From Eledone cirrhosa (Eukaryota), in contig OZ024764.1 of assembly GCA_964016885.1 (NCBI GenBank), positions 17,856,001 through 17,920,000 on the forward strand: a stretch of 64,000 nucleotides of DNA. Reading direction: 5' to 3'. Shown here piece after piece: positions 1-13,970 of this stretch. Each line of letters opens with the position of its first letter. Position 1 is the first letter of the stretch. The translations under genes and the position numbers were made by a program. Under the pieces are notes generated by a model. It worked only from the letters and a program-made list of their open reading frames with translations, ran no database searches and was not told the origin of the DNA.

Positions 1-330
1 CATATATGGTCAAAGAGATAATCACCAGTGACCAAAGAGATAAACACCATGTGACCAATCCTGGTGATTATCTCTTTGACCATATATGGAATTACCCCTT
101 GATAAGCTCGGCTATTTAAATACCAGAATAAATTTTCATTCAGTCCAGAATTAGCCGTCGAAAGGTTGGAGTTCAGCCGTCGAAAGGTTGGAGTTCAGCC
201 GTCGAAAGGTTGGAGCTCAGCCGTCGAAAGGGTGGAGCTCAGCCGTCGAAAGGTTGGAGCTCAGCCGTCGGGGTCTTACTTGTTCCTATATATATACACC
301 CACCTACACACATATGGTGTATTATTTACT
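1..330 (+). mobile_element. Penelope-like pLTR fragment (family A) with degenerate hammerhead and internal 22-bp tandem repeat
   Basis: 28-bp inverted repeat 1-28/61-88. acccc-TTGATAA(99-105)-cggcta...tagccg-tc-GAAA...TC-ggggt(274). The unit gaaaggttggagYtcagccgtc occurs 5 times. Confidence 0.6.
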
Positions 331-483
331 GTGACTAATTATCATGCTAGTGTCCTACCTAAGATTTCACACAACTTATATACAAGTACCATATATATAT
401 ATATATATATATATTATTGGTTTTTATTGTTTCTGAAAGTCTGTGGTTCACTGTTGATTATTGTTTATGTATTTAGTGGCGTA

Positions 484-519
<36 letters not shown>

Positions 520-651
520 TATACGAGGGAAAGGCATAAACGCCACTAAATACAAAAAGAAAAACCAACAGCGACAAAGTGAACAAAAGACTTTCAGATA
601 ATAATTATACATACATACATATATATGTATACATATATACGACTATATGTG

Positions 652-696
<45 letters not shown>

Positions 697-757
697 TATT
701 ATATATGTATATGTATATATATATGTTTATGTGTATATATATATATATAGTCGAATT

Positions 758-794
<37 letters not shown>

Positions 795-1416
795 ATATAT
801 ATATATATAGTCATATATATATATATAGTCGTATATAAATATATATACATGCATATGTATATATGTATATATATGTACATATCTATATATATGAATGTAT
901 GTATGTATATATATGTACATATGTATATATATGAATGTATGTATGTATGTATATATGTATATATATACATAAATATATATACATACATATGTATATATAT
1001 ATATACACACATATATGTATGTATGTATATATATAACCATGAGAACAAAAATATTACTGCTACACTAAAGACCAATAAAATTCTTTTGTTAAAAATATTA
1101 ATTGGAAGTTTTTCACATCAAATTATTTGTTTTGTTTACTGTATTAAATATTGCGAAGGTTGGCTGGGAAGTTCCTGGACTGACTAGGAAGGAGATGATG
1201 CTAGAGCTGTGAAATCTCGCTTGCCGTAATCTCGAAAGACTCTAATTAATAACTGCATTGCTTCTTTCCGGGCACTATGTTGAAAAATAAACCTCATTTG
1301 GTCATTCCATGAGAGTATCTTATATATATATATAGAGAGAGAGAGAGAGAATAGAAAATGAAATATCAGTGATGCATCCGAACTCAATTTATTGTGTTAC
1401 AATATGTATATATATT

Positions 1417-1477
<61 letters not shown>

Positions 1478-1532
1478 GTGAGGTTTTTTTTACAAAATGA
1501 AAAATAACCGAGGTGTCCTACACGAGTGAAAG

Positions 1533-1920
<388 letters not shown>

Positions 1921-1955
1921 ATATATTTACATATATATATTTACATATATATATT

Positions 1956-1997
<42 letters not shown>

Positions 1998-2197
1998 CAT
2001 ATATCTATATATATATTTACATATATCTATATATATATTTACATATATCTATATATATATTTACATGTATATATATATATATATTTACATGTATATATAT
2101 ATATATATATATTTACATGTATATATATATATATATTTACATGTATATATATATATTTACATGTATATATATATATTTACATGTATATATATATATT

Positions 2198-2258
<61 letters not shown>

Positions 2259-2316
2259 TTACATGTATATATATATATATTCACATGTATATATATATAT
2301 ATATATATATATTCAC

Positions 2317-2355
<39 letters not shown>

Positions 2356-2808
2356 CTTCTACATCTTTCAGTTATACCGACTGTTATGCCGGACGCATAA
2401 GCAGTTTTATAACAAGAAACGATGATATAACTCCACAAAATGTGTTCTTGAGGAAGACCCCTCTCTCACTTCCTCCCGTTTGACCTGTGTGAAATCCTTT
2501 TCTCGCTCACATCTCACCCATGTCGGATGGTCTTTATCTCTCGTCCATGATTTCACCAAGCTTAAGCTTATAGATATCATGTACTTGTCTCTTCCTATCT
2601 TTCCGTTGTAATACCATCTTTGTTTGTTTACATGTCTCGCTCGCTTCACCCTATTTTACTTGTCCCAATAACTTTATTTAGTTATTGCTCGCACCAACCA
2701 GAGGTATATGATCTTTAATGCGAAGAAATACCAATGATGGTTGGAAGATCACTGATAAAGGACTAATTTTATTCATATGTAACCCAACGCAGCACGCCAT
2801 TTTTCATA

Positions 2809-2850
<42 letters not shown>

Positions 2851-2853
<3 letters not shown>

Positions 2854-3322
2854 AGTATATGTTGGTTGTTTACCGACACCTCAGTATGCAGATTGGAGCA
2901 CTCGACGAAGTACGCAGGTTGGTTTGGTTACTCCGGAGTAATGTAAAATAAAGTAATTAAGTCAAATATTTAAGATTTGGCTTCGTTTATTAAAGATGTA
3001 CTGCTATATATATTTCGGTGACAGCCATCCTTGGCTGCGACCTCTTCAGGCAAATCGAATTGGTGTGGTAGAGACAGGTACACATGTTGTTAAAGTGTTT
3101 CATATGATTCCAGTTCCTCAGAGAAATAACAACCCAACCAGGAGCTGGACATATCGGAGTATTGACGGAGTAAAACACTTTCACAACATGTGTACCTGTC
3201 TCTACCACACCAATTCGAACTGCCTGAAGAGGTCACAGCCAAGAATGACTGTCACCGAAATATATATAGCAGTACATCTTTAATAAACGAAGCCAAATAT
3301 TAAATATTTGACTTAATTACTT

Positions 3323-3330
<8 letters not shown>
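2851..3330. mobile_element. PLE-like inverted pLTR with a hammerhead in each arm
   Basis: Arms of about 155 bp (2945-3100/3172-3329) flanked by (TA)n; related, internally deleted copy at 25314-25590. Confidence 0.7.
3219..3273 (+). ncRNA. type I hammerhead ribozyme motif
   Basis: actgc-CTGAAGA-ggtcacagc...gactgtcacc-GAAA-tatata-TA-gcagt; mirror copy on minus strand at about 2999-3053. Confidence 0.75.
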
Positions 3331-3367
<37 letters not shown>

Positions 3368-3423
3368 CATATTTAAAATGCTGGAGAGAAAAACATAGAT
3401 TTATGAATACATCTATCTTTAAC

Positions 3424-3526
3424 GGCTGACAAGTTGTTTCAAATACTGCTGTTATAGATATCGTATATAAAACGATACTGGTACATTAAAAATAGATAAA
3501 TGTGCGTCAATAGTCTCATCAGAGCC
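3424..3526 (-). ncRNA. hammerhead-like motif with long, decayed stem II
   Basis: Minus strand: ggct-CTGATGA-...-GAAA-caacttg-TC-agcc. Confidence 0.5.
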
Positions 3527-3659
3527 CGGTTCGCTAGTCTCGTAATCTATATGCATTGAACACACTAACCTTCTCTCTTCTGCCTGGTAATCTGCATAAC
3601 TAATCACTTTTTTCTTCTCCCGATTAGCTTACTTGCATTTTACTCTGTATATGTGTATG

Positions 3660-3738
<79 letters not shown>

Positions 3739-3786
3739 GTATATATATATATATATGTATATGTATGTATGTATATATATATATAC

Positions 3787-3834
<48 letters not shown>

Positions 3835-3961
3835 CTAAATATGTGTGTATATATATATATACATGTATATATATATGTGTGTGTATGTATACACACACAC
3901 ACACACACACATATATATAAATATATATATATACACACACATACATATATATACACACACG

Positions 3962-4030
<69 letters not shown>

Positions 4031-4502
4031 TTCTAAGGAATAATCTATGTAAATGAGATGAAAAGAAGGTTGATATGAAAGGAGTATAACAATGATATGA
4101 AGAGAACAAAGGGAGTTAAATGGACGTCAACAGACATCGAGGCCGCCAGAGTGAGCCACTGTGAACCAGACGGAGCCACTCACGGCATTTCCACCTCCAT
4201 ATCCTCCTGGATGGGTTTTCACACCTGCTGGTTTCACTATACAGGTGTAGGTAGATAGGTAGATAGATAGATAGGTAGATATATATAGGTAGATAGGTAG
4301 AGAGATATATAGATAGATATAGATAGATAGATATAGGTAGATAGATAGGTAGATAGATATAGGTAGATAGGTAGATAGATATATAGATAGATAGATAGAT
4401 AGATAGACCCATAGATATAGATAGATATATATATTTATGTACATATATATACATATCTCTCTCTCTATATATATATATATATGAATGTATATATATATAT
4501 AC

Positions 4503-4564
<62 letters not shown>

Positions 4565-4589
4565 GAATGTATATATATATATATTTACA

Positions 4590-4650
<61 letters not shown>

Positions 4651-4665
4651 GTATATATATAAATG

Positions 4666-4699
<34 letters not shown>

Positions 4700-4736
4700 C
4701 GCACGCACACAAATATAAACACACACACACATACAC

Positions 4737-4874
<138 letters not shown>

Positions 4875-4879
4875 GTATA

Positions 4880-4942
<63 letters not shown>

Positions 4943-5357
4943 AGAGAGAGCTGGGGGATGGAGGATGGTGTGTATATATGCACATATACACGTAGATACA
5001 GGGAAATGCAAAAAATAATAACAACAACGAACCTAAGAGAGAGAAGCAGACGAGACAAAGCAGACGGAAATAGCAGACGAGATAATATTCAGACATTGAA
5101 GGATTCAATATGGTGGGAATTTGTTAAATTAATTCATATTTCTATGGGGAAAAAATACATTAATAATAAAAGTTTATGACTGAATATGTTGGTGGGTCGG
5201 TTGATGAATGGTGTGGTGGGGTGGGGTTTGTATGGTGTGGTGGGGTTTGTGTGGTGTGGTGGGGTTGGTGTGGTGTGGTGGGGTTTGTGACGGGGAGGTG
5301 TGTGTGTATGACCAAGACAAGCTATGTCAGCAGTTAAATATGCTATCTATTTTTTCT

Positions 5358-5418
<61 letters not shown>

Positions 5419-5438
5419 CATATATATATATATATGTG

Positions 5439-5503
<65 letters not shown>

Positions 5504-6456
5504 ATATATACACACACATATCTTTTATGGTGACGTCCGTCTCCAAAATGTCTGCACATTTCCAGAACTGTCTGTGAAATCTGAAATATAATGAAATATA
5601 ATGGAAAATATTGAAATATATTAAGATATATTGAGTGAAAAAATCTCGCGGCACCCCTAGCCACATCAATGACGCTTGTAACAGCCAAGTACCTCTTTAA
5701 ATGAGCCGCTGAGAACTGTCCATAGCATCTATATTAGCAGACAATAAGATTCCATACTGCTATACCGCAATTATCCCACGTTCTTATGGGTGTTTAGAGA
5801 ACTAATTTTTATGGTTGCTGTTTGTTAAACGGTTTATAGAGATTTATTTTTTTTCTGAAGATATTTAAAGATTTGTTTTGTTGTTGTTGGTTGGTTTTTT
5901 GTTGGTTGGTAAATTATATATGTATATATATATATATAAAGGTAGTGTATGTATGTGTATATATCTATGTGTGTATATGTATGTGTGTATATGTATGTGT
6001 GTGTGTGTGTGTATGTATGTGTGTGTATGTATGTATGTGTGTGTGTATCTGTAATTATATTTATGCATATGCATATTAATATATATATATATATATATGT
6101 AATTATTTATGCATATATATATATATAAAGGTACTGTATGTGTGTGTATATATGTATGAGTGTGTATGTATGTATGTGTATATGTATGTGTGTGTATGTA
6201 TGTGTGTGTATGTGTGTGTAATTATATTTATGCATATGCATATTGATATATATATATATATATGTAATTATTTATGCATATATATATATATACGTATATA
6301 TATATGTGGGTGTGTGTGAGTAATTATATATACATGCATACGTATATATAATACATATCTATATATGAATACATAATATATATATGTATATAATACATAT
6401 ATATATATAAATACTTAATATATTTATATATATATCTTATATATATATGTATATAT

Positions 6457-6500
<44 letters not shown>

Positions 6501-6578
6501 ATATATACAGTATATATACCCACACACATAACTCTCGGTTTTCTCATTCAAGGATTTTTGATGATTATTACATTTTCC

Positions 6579-6651
<73 letters not shown>

Positions 6652-6704
6652 CAAATATATATACACATATATATATATATACATATACATACATATATAT
6701 ATAT

Positions 6705-6750
<46 letters not shown>

Positions 6751-7301
6751 GCGTGTATATATATATACACACACACAGTAACGAGGAGACCTCTACGTGG
6801 TAGCTATATCTGGTAGAAATATCAGCCAAATCTCCTTCATATCACACCTTACTATCTTATATATGAATATTTGTACATTCTTCTCTTTATCGTAATTCTG
6901 AGTTCAGCTTTGACTAGCCACCCTCCCGGGGGCAAACTTGTAAAAGAAAAAAGGAAATTTTCGTTTCCCTTTCTGCAATTGTTCGCCTTTTGAATTCCAA
7001 GGGTGTTTTACAGATTTCGAAGTTTCCAGATATCGCAGCCATTTGTAGTTTATTAACTAAAGAGTTACGTTCTTTCTCCACAAATCCAAGCTCAGGTATA
7101 CTTTGGGATTGGATGGGTTGGAATATAATCTATAGCCCCAATAATTGCAGGTAGAGCCAGATTTAATGGGGAGAGCAAAAGGGACAATTGCCCCGGGCCT
7201 TCTAAGGTGGGGGTGGGGACACAAGCGATGGCCGCAGCAATTTATTTGTAGACTCACCTGAGATCTTTAGTTTTAGGATGGGTAGAAGTTTTGAAATAAA
7301 T

Positions 7302-7555
7302 ATCCGTATGTAACACAGAGGAGACTGAGGTTAGCTGGACATGCTCACTGACATTCAGAGTTGACACTACACTCTGTGCTCCTGTGTGAGCCCCTGCACG
7401 GATACACTAGAAGAGGGAGACCGAGGTTGACATATACTGATGCCCTAAGGACAGACACTGGTCTCTGAGAAATGCAGGACATGGCAGCGATAATAAGGGA
7501 CAGAGACCGCTGGAGAGAACTCATCCATGGATCTCGGGAATTTTACCCGCCCTAG
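7302..7555 (+). mobile_element. degenerate RTE-like LINE 3' end
   Basis: QRRLRLAGHAH*HSE...EPLHGYTRRGRPRLTYTDALRTDTGL*...RDRDRWRELI with in-frame stops. Confidence 0.75.
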
Positions 7556-7614
7556 ATAGATATATAACTTTTCAATTCCAATTAATTGCACCAAAGCTCA
7601 CTTTGATATGTAAA

Positions 7615-8330
7615 ATGGTGTAGTGTGGTGTGGTGTGGTGTAGTGTAGTGTGGTGTAGTGTGGTATGGTGTAGTATAGAGTAGTGTGGTGTGGTGTGGTG
7701 TGGTGTGGTGTGGTGTGGTGTAGTGTTGTGTAGTGTAGTATAGAGTAGTGTGGTGTGGTGTGGTGTAGTGTAGTGTAGTGTAGTGTAGTGTAGTGTAGTG
7801 TAGTGTAGTGTAGTGTAGTGTAGTGTAGTGTAGTGTAGTGTAGTGTAGTGTAGTGTAGTGTAGTGTAGTGTAGTGTGGTGTAGTGTAGTGTAGTGTGGTA
7901 TAGTGTAGTGTGGTGTAGTGTAGTGTGGTGTAGTGTAGTGTGGTGTAGTGTAGTGTAGTGTGGTATAGTATAGTGTAGTGTAGTGTAGTGTAGTGTAGTG
8001 TAGTGTAGTGTAGTGTAGTGTAGTGTGGTGTGGTGTGGTGTGGTGTAGTGTAGTGTAGTGTAGTGTAGTGTAGTGTAGTGTGGTGTAGTGTAGTGTAGTG
8101 TAGTGTAGTGTAGTGTAGTGTGGTATAGTGTAGTGTGGTGTAGTGTAGTGTAGTGTAGTGTAGTGTAGTGTAGTGTAGTGTGGTATAGTGTAGTGTGGTG
8201 TAGTGTGGTGTAGTGTAGTGTGGTGTAGTGTAGTATAGTGTAGTGTGGTGTAGTGTAGTGTAGTGTAGTGTAGTGTAGTGTGGTATAGTATAGTGTAGTG
8301 TGGTGTAGTGTAGTGTGGTGTGGTGTAGTG
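7615..8330. repeat. pentanucleotide array (GTGTA/GTGTG)n
   Basis: Direct inspection. Confidence 0.97.
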
Positions 8331-8502
8331 GGATGTGGGTCCCAAACCACAATAACTAGCCGGGTATGTTTTTACTTTTTGGTTCCACCAAATATATTTT
8401 TGAGCCATCAATCTCAAGATATTTAGGGGATTGGTGATATAACCATTAAGATGAGACAGAGACCTTCCATTTAGAGGTGGTGGTCATATCATCTTAATAA
8501 AT

Positions 8503-8678
8503 GTTTCTACGTTAGGCACAAGGCCAGCAATTACACCAGTGTATTACTGGTACTTTATTTTATCGACCCCGTAAGGATGAAAGGCAAAGTTAACCTCGGC
8601 GGGATTTGAACTCAGGTCGTAAGGGGACTTAACTTTATGCTGCAAAGCATGTTCTCCGACGCTCTACCGATTCTGCCA
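8503..8678 (-). mobile_element. SINE family 2 (Nin/OK-like central domain); other copies at 50060-50480, 56730-56870, 60851-60963
   Basis: Shared GAGTTCAAATCCCGCCGAGGTTAACTTTGCCTTTCATCC...GGGTCGATAAAATAAAGTACCAG with a B-box-like GTTCAAATC. Confidence 0.7.
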
Positions 8679-8724
8679 AGAGAGAGTGGTCATATAACTA
8701 TATTAATATGCATAAATATGAATA

Positions 8725-10408
8725 TGTCAGTGCGTGTGTGTATGTGTGAGTGATTGTGTGAGTGTCAGTGTGTGTTTGAGTGAGTGTGTGTGAGTGAGTG
8801 GGTGTCTGTCAGTGTGTGTGTCAGTGTGTGTGTCAGTGTGTGTGAGAGTGTGTGTGTCAGTGTGTGTGTATGTGTGTGTGTCAGTGAGTGTCAGTGTGTG
8901 TGTGTCAGTGAGTATCAGTGTGTGTGTATCAGTGTGAGTGTCAGTGTGAGTGTGTCAGTGAGTATCAGTGTGTGTGTGTCAGTGTGAGTGTGTCAGTGTG
9001 TGAGTGTCTGTGTGTGTCAGTGTGTGTGAGTGTCAGTGTGTGTGAGTGTGTGTGTGTGTCAGTGTGAGTGTGTCAGTGTGAGTGTGTCAGTGTGTGTGAG
9101 AGTGTGTGTCAGTGTGTGTGAGTGTGTCAGTGTGTGAGTGTCAGTGTGTGTGTGTGTGTCAGTGTGTGTGTGTCAGTGTGTGTGTGTGTGTGTCAGTGTG
9201 TGTGTGTCAGTGTGTGTGTCAGTGTGTGTGTGTGTGTCAGTGTGTGTGTGCCAGTGTGTCAGTGTGTGTGTGTGCCAGTGTCAGTGTGTCAGTGTGTGTG
9301 AGTGTGTGTGTGAGTGTCTGAGTGTGTCAGTGTGTGTGAGTGTGTCAGTGAGTGTCAGTGTGTGTGTGTCAGTGAGTGTCAGTGTGTATGTGTGTGTCAG
9401 TGTGTGTGAGAGTGAGTGTGTCAGTGAGTGTCAGTGTGTGTGAGTGTGTCAGTGTGTGTGAGAGTGAGTGTGTCAGTGAGTGTCAGTGTGTGTGAGTGTG
9501 TCAGTGTGTGTGAGAGTGAGTGTGTCAGTGTGTGTGTGTGAGAGTGAGAGTGTCTGTGTGTGTGAGAGTGAGTGTGTCAGTGTGTGTGTGTGTGAGTGAG
9601 AGTGTCTGTGTGTGTGAGAGTGAGTGTGTCAGTGTGTGTGAGAGTGAGTGTGTCAGTGTGTGTGTGTGAGAGTGAGAGTGTCTGTGTGTGTGAGAGTGAG
9701 TGTGTCAGTGTGTGTGTGTGTCAGTGTGTGTCAGTGAGTGTCAGTGTGTGTGAGTGTGAGTGTGTCAGTGTGTGTGAGAGTGAGTGTGTCAGTGTGTGTG
9801 TGTGAGAGTGAGAGTGTCTGTGTGTGTGAGAGTGAGTGTGTCAGTGTGTGTGTGTGTCAGTGTGTGTCAGTGAGTGTCAGTGTGTGTGAGAGTGAGTGTG
9901 TCAGTGTGTGTGTGTGAGAGTGAGTGTGTCAGTGTGTGTGAGAGTGAGTGTGTCAGTGTGTGTGTGTGTGAGTGTGAGTGTCTGTGTGTGTGAGAGTGAG
10001 TGTGTCAGTGTGTGTGTGTGAGAGTGAGAGTGTCTGTGTGTGTGAGAGTGAGTGTGTCAGTGTGTGTGTGTGAGAGTGAGAGTGTCAGTGTGTGTGAGAG
10101 TGAGTGTGTCAGTGTGTGTGAGAGTGAGTGTGTCAGTGTGTGTGTGTGTGAGTGTGAGTGTCTGTGTGTGTGAGAGTGAGTGTGTCAGTGTGTGTGAGAG
10201 TGAGTGTGTCAGTGTGTGTGTGTGTGAGTGTGAGTGTCTGTGTGTGTGAGAGTGAGTGTGTCAGTGTGTGTGTGTGAGAGTGAGAGTGTCTGTGTGTGTG
10301 AGAGTGAGTGTGTCAGTGTGTGTGTGTGAGTGTGAGAGTGTCAGTGTGTGTGAGAGTGAGAGTGTCAGTGTGTGTGAGTGTGAGAGTGTCTGTGTGTGTG
10401 AGAGTGTG
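8725..10408. repeat. complex (GT)n array interrupted by CA/GA/CT
   Basis: Recurring gtgtcagtgtgtgtgagagtga units. Confidence 0.95.
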
Positions 10409-10536
10409 CATTAGTGGCTGTAATACCTCCCAGGGAACAACTTACACCACATTTAACAGCAGGACATCAACATTGTAACGAAGTGGGCGATTAATGGGAG
10501 GCACGCCCGAGTACCGTTGACACCCAGGTATTACAT

Positions 10537-10573
<37 letters not shown>

Positions 10574-10623
10574 CTATGTGTGTGTGTGTGTGGGAACATT
10601 ATATATATGTATATATATATAAT

Positions 10624-10665
<42 letters not shown>

Positions 10666-10693
10666 ATGACCCTCCCCAAGTATAACAATATTT

Positions 10694-10725
<32 letters not shown>

Positions 10726-10761
10726 ATGTTTATATATATATATATATATATACATACATAT

Positions 10762-10912
<151 letters not shown>

Positions 10913-10973
10913 CACATGGTTACCTCATCAAGCGTATTTCACTGTGGTTCATTCATAGAAACTTACACACACG

Positions 10974-11044
<71 letters not shown>

Positions 11045-11152
11045 TCACTGATATAAAACAAATGTTGTTTTTTTTATATATTTTTTGTTTAATTCATTTC
11101 TCTATCGTTAAATAGACATATCTGTCTAGATATTAAAGGATTAGTATATATA

Positions 11153-11204
<52 letters not shown>

Positions 11205-11288
11205 CAATATCTGTTTCCTCATATATAAATTTACATCGAATTACATATGTTATACATATACATATACACATGTATATATATATATGTA

Positions 11289-11344
<56 letters not shown>

Positions 11345-11523
11345 CGTGTGTGAGTGTGTGTGTATATATATATATATATATACCTGTATATCTATATATC
11401 TATGTATATATATATATATATACCTGTATATCTATATATCTATGTGTGTATATATATGTACGTATATATATATATGTGTATATATATATATATATCTATG
11501 TATATATATATATATTTATATAC

Positions 11524-11555
<32 letters not shown>

Positions 11556-12010
11556 ATATATACACATACTTCCAAAAAACCTGCTATTTCGCTTTAAATC
11601 CAGCGTTTACAATAAAAATCAAAACGAAATTAAGGGGGTAATTTCGTGTGGTGTCCCCTAAAAATAAATCTAGGGTCTCCACAGGGAGTCCCTAAAGGGA
11701 ATCCACTCAAGAGGAGCATTACGGAAATACATGAAATTTTAGAATTCAGTCAGGCAAATAATTCCTACATCTTGTTAAATATATATGTGTGTATATGTAG
11801 GTGTATATATATATATATATATATATATGCGTGTGTATGTATGTATATATGCGTGTATATACACATATGTGTGTGTATATGTATGTTTATATGAATATAT
11901 GTGTGTATATATATATATATATGTATATGTGTATGTTTATATGTATATGTGTTTGTATATGCGTGTGTATGTGTACGTGTTTGTAATTATATATATATAT
12001 ACATACCTAT

Positions 12011-12051
<41 letters not shown>

Positions 12052-12089
12052 ATTTATGTTTGTTCATATATATCCGTTCATCTAAATTT

Positions 12090-12133
<44 letters not shown>

Positions 12134-12134
<1 letters not shown>

Positions 12135-12306
12135 GGAAAAAGTATGAACCCGACGGCAGAGCTCAAGCCGTTTCGACGGCTATTTCTGTCTAGAAATAGC
12201 CGTCGAAACGGCTTGAGCTCTCCCGTCGGGGTCATACTTTTTCCTATTTCCCACTCTACTATCCTATGTATTGAGTACTCTGGTGCGTTATGGTCAATTC
12301 CTTTGT

Positions 12307-12386
<80 letters not shown>

Positions 12387-12479
12387 GAGTCGGGACCCCG
12401 AAGGCTGAGCTCCGGCCGTTTCGACAGCTAGATCCGAACTACCCTAAGTATCGAGTACTCTGATGCGTTATTTGTCCAC

Positions 12480-12480
<1 letters not shown>
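12134..12480. mobile_element. family A PLE-like palindromic fragments (also 19090-19300, 19320-19590, 38255-38430, 56915-57090)
   Basis: Shared tagccgtcGAAAcggcttgagctcagccgTCggggtc...tattgagtactctggtgcgttatggtc, inverted around variable centres, within (TA)n. Confidence 0.7.
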
Positions 12481-12564
<84 letters not shown>

Positions 12565-12567
<3 letters not shown>

Positions 12568-13970
12568 TATATATTTCTATTTATTTGCCACCAGGGCATC
12601 AAAGATTGGGACAAATACAAAGGGGGGAGTTTACATACATTTAAAAAGACGTGTAAAAAACATATAACAAATTAAATTTAACAAGCGATGTACTCAATAG
12701 GGAGGGGCGTTGACATGGGTCGCACACACCCCCGAAAAAATGTGCAACCCTCCTCTTCAGGAGCACAAAGAGCGGGTGCCCCCTTCCTCTTCTCATTATT
12801 CTCCTCTCTCACCTACAGGCTGATATAGAGAGAAGGCCCATTCACTCGGGCCATTCTCGCTACTTTCACCCATCTTTCATAAAACTTGCTGGGGTAGAGC
12901 ACCTCTCTCTCCATTCTGATCCTTCTTCTAAAGTGGTACTTGAAAAAAAAGACCAGTTGTTGGCCGGAGAGAAAGGTGTCTGACCTCAGCCCTTTCAACC
13001 TTGTCCACCATACAACCTCTTTCGCCATAGCTATCACACAGAGGAAAACCACCTCTCCTTCGTTTTTGAAAGGGGGAGGCAGTTTGATTGTGACAATGTT
13101 CTCGGTGGTCAACCGGATTGGTCCCACCCGCGACAGTAGTCGTTCCACATAGCCCCACAGGTCAGCAACGCCCGGGCAGTGTACGAATGCGTGTGCGACG
13201 GTTTCCTCGTCACGCACGCATCTTGGACAGATCTTCTTCGAGGGGTCCCTACCCGGGCGCCCGTGTCTGTAGAGCTTGTCCCGAACGGGTAGAGCTCCTC
13301 GGTAACATTGCCAAGCCAGGGACTTTTGGAAGTTGTCCATCGGTCCCGGGCCAAACGTCCTACCGAACAGACTGGCCAGCTCGTCTTCCTCCATGCCCAG
13401 AGCCTCTCCGAGAGCGTCGTCGCACTTACTGCGCACCAACCCTCTATAGAATGTTGAGGTTGAGTCTCCACTGATTGCCGGATCCGCTTGCCAGAGGGCC
13501 GTGAGCGCCTGGGCACATTCAATGTGCCAGTCGCCCACCTTTCTCGGTCTTTGCTTGACCCAGGATTGCAGCTCGGTGAGTGAGACGAGTCTCGGAAAGG
13601 CTCGCCTCACAAACAGGGCCCACACCGGCTGACCGGTGAGGAATACCTGGAGCTGCCGTAGCCTTAATGCGTGTCTACGCATCGTCAGCCACGGCATCAC
13701 CAGCCCCCCGTTCGAAGGGTGTTGACAGCAAATGGATCTTCTCACCAAAGGAGCCCGCTTCTTCCAAAGAAATCGGAAGAGCGCGCGCTCCATTTTGGCG
13801 AGTGTTTTCTCTGGGCAAGGCACGACGGTCAAGCGGTAGTAGATAACGGACGCTATATAAGCGTTCGCCACCTCCGCTCGACCTTTCAGGGATAGTTTTC
13901 ACTCGGCCCACTTCTGGGCGAGTGTAAACACCTTCCCCGTTACCACGTCCCAGTTTTTCTCCACCTGGAG
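12565..13970 (-). mobile_element. 5'-truncated Tx1/L1-clade non-LTR retrotransposon (ORF2 C-terminal part plus 3' UTR)
   Basis: ORF 13871-12813 with FLW...GGL..P and zf-RVT/CCHC CPRC..DEETVAHAFVHC..W motifs. Upstream extension LQVEKNW...KWAE*KLSLKGR has one stop. AATAAA near 12580, ending in (TC)n. Confidence 0.9.

Noticed and set aside
7014-7095. Possible + strand exon ISKFPDIAAICSLLTKELRSFSTNPSS
   Set aside because: Weak donor (GTATAC), no recognisable homology and no partner exons.
10419-10535. Solo LTR or MITE with TGTAATACCT...AGGTATTACA termini
   Set aside because: Only a 10-bp inverted repeat, no TSD and a single copy in the window.
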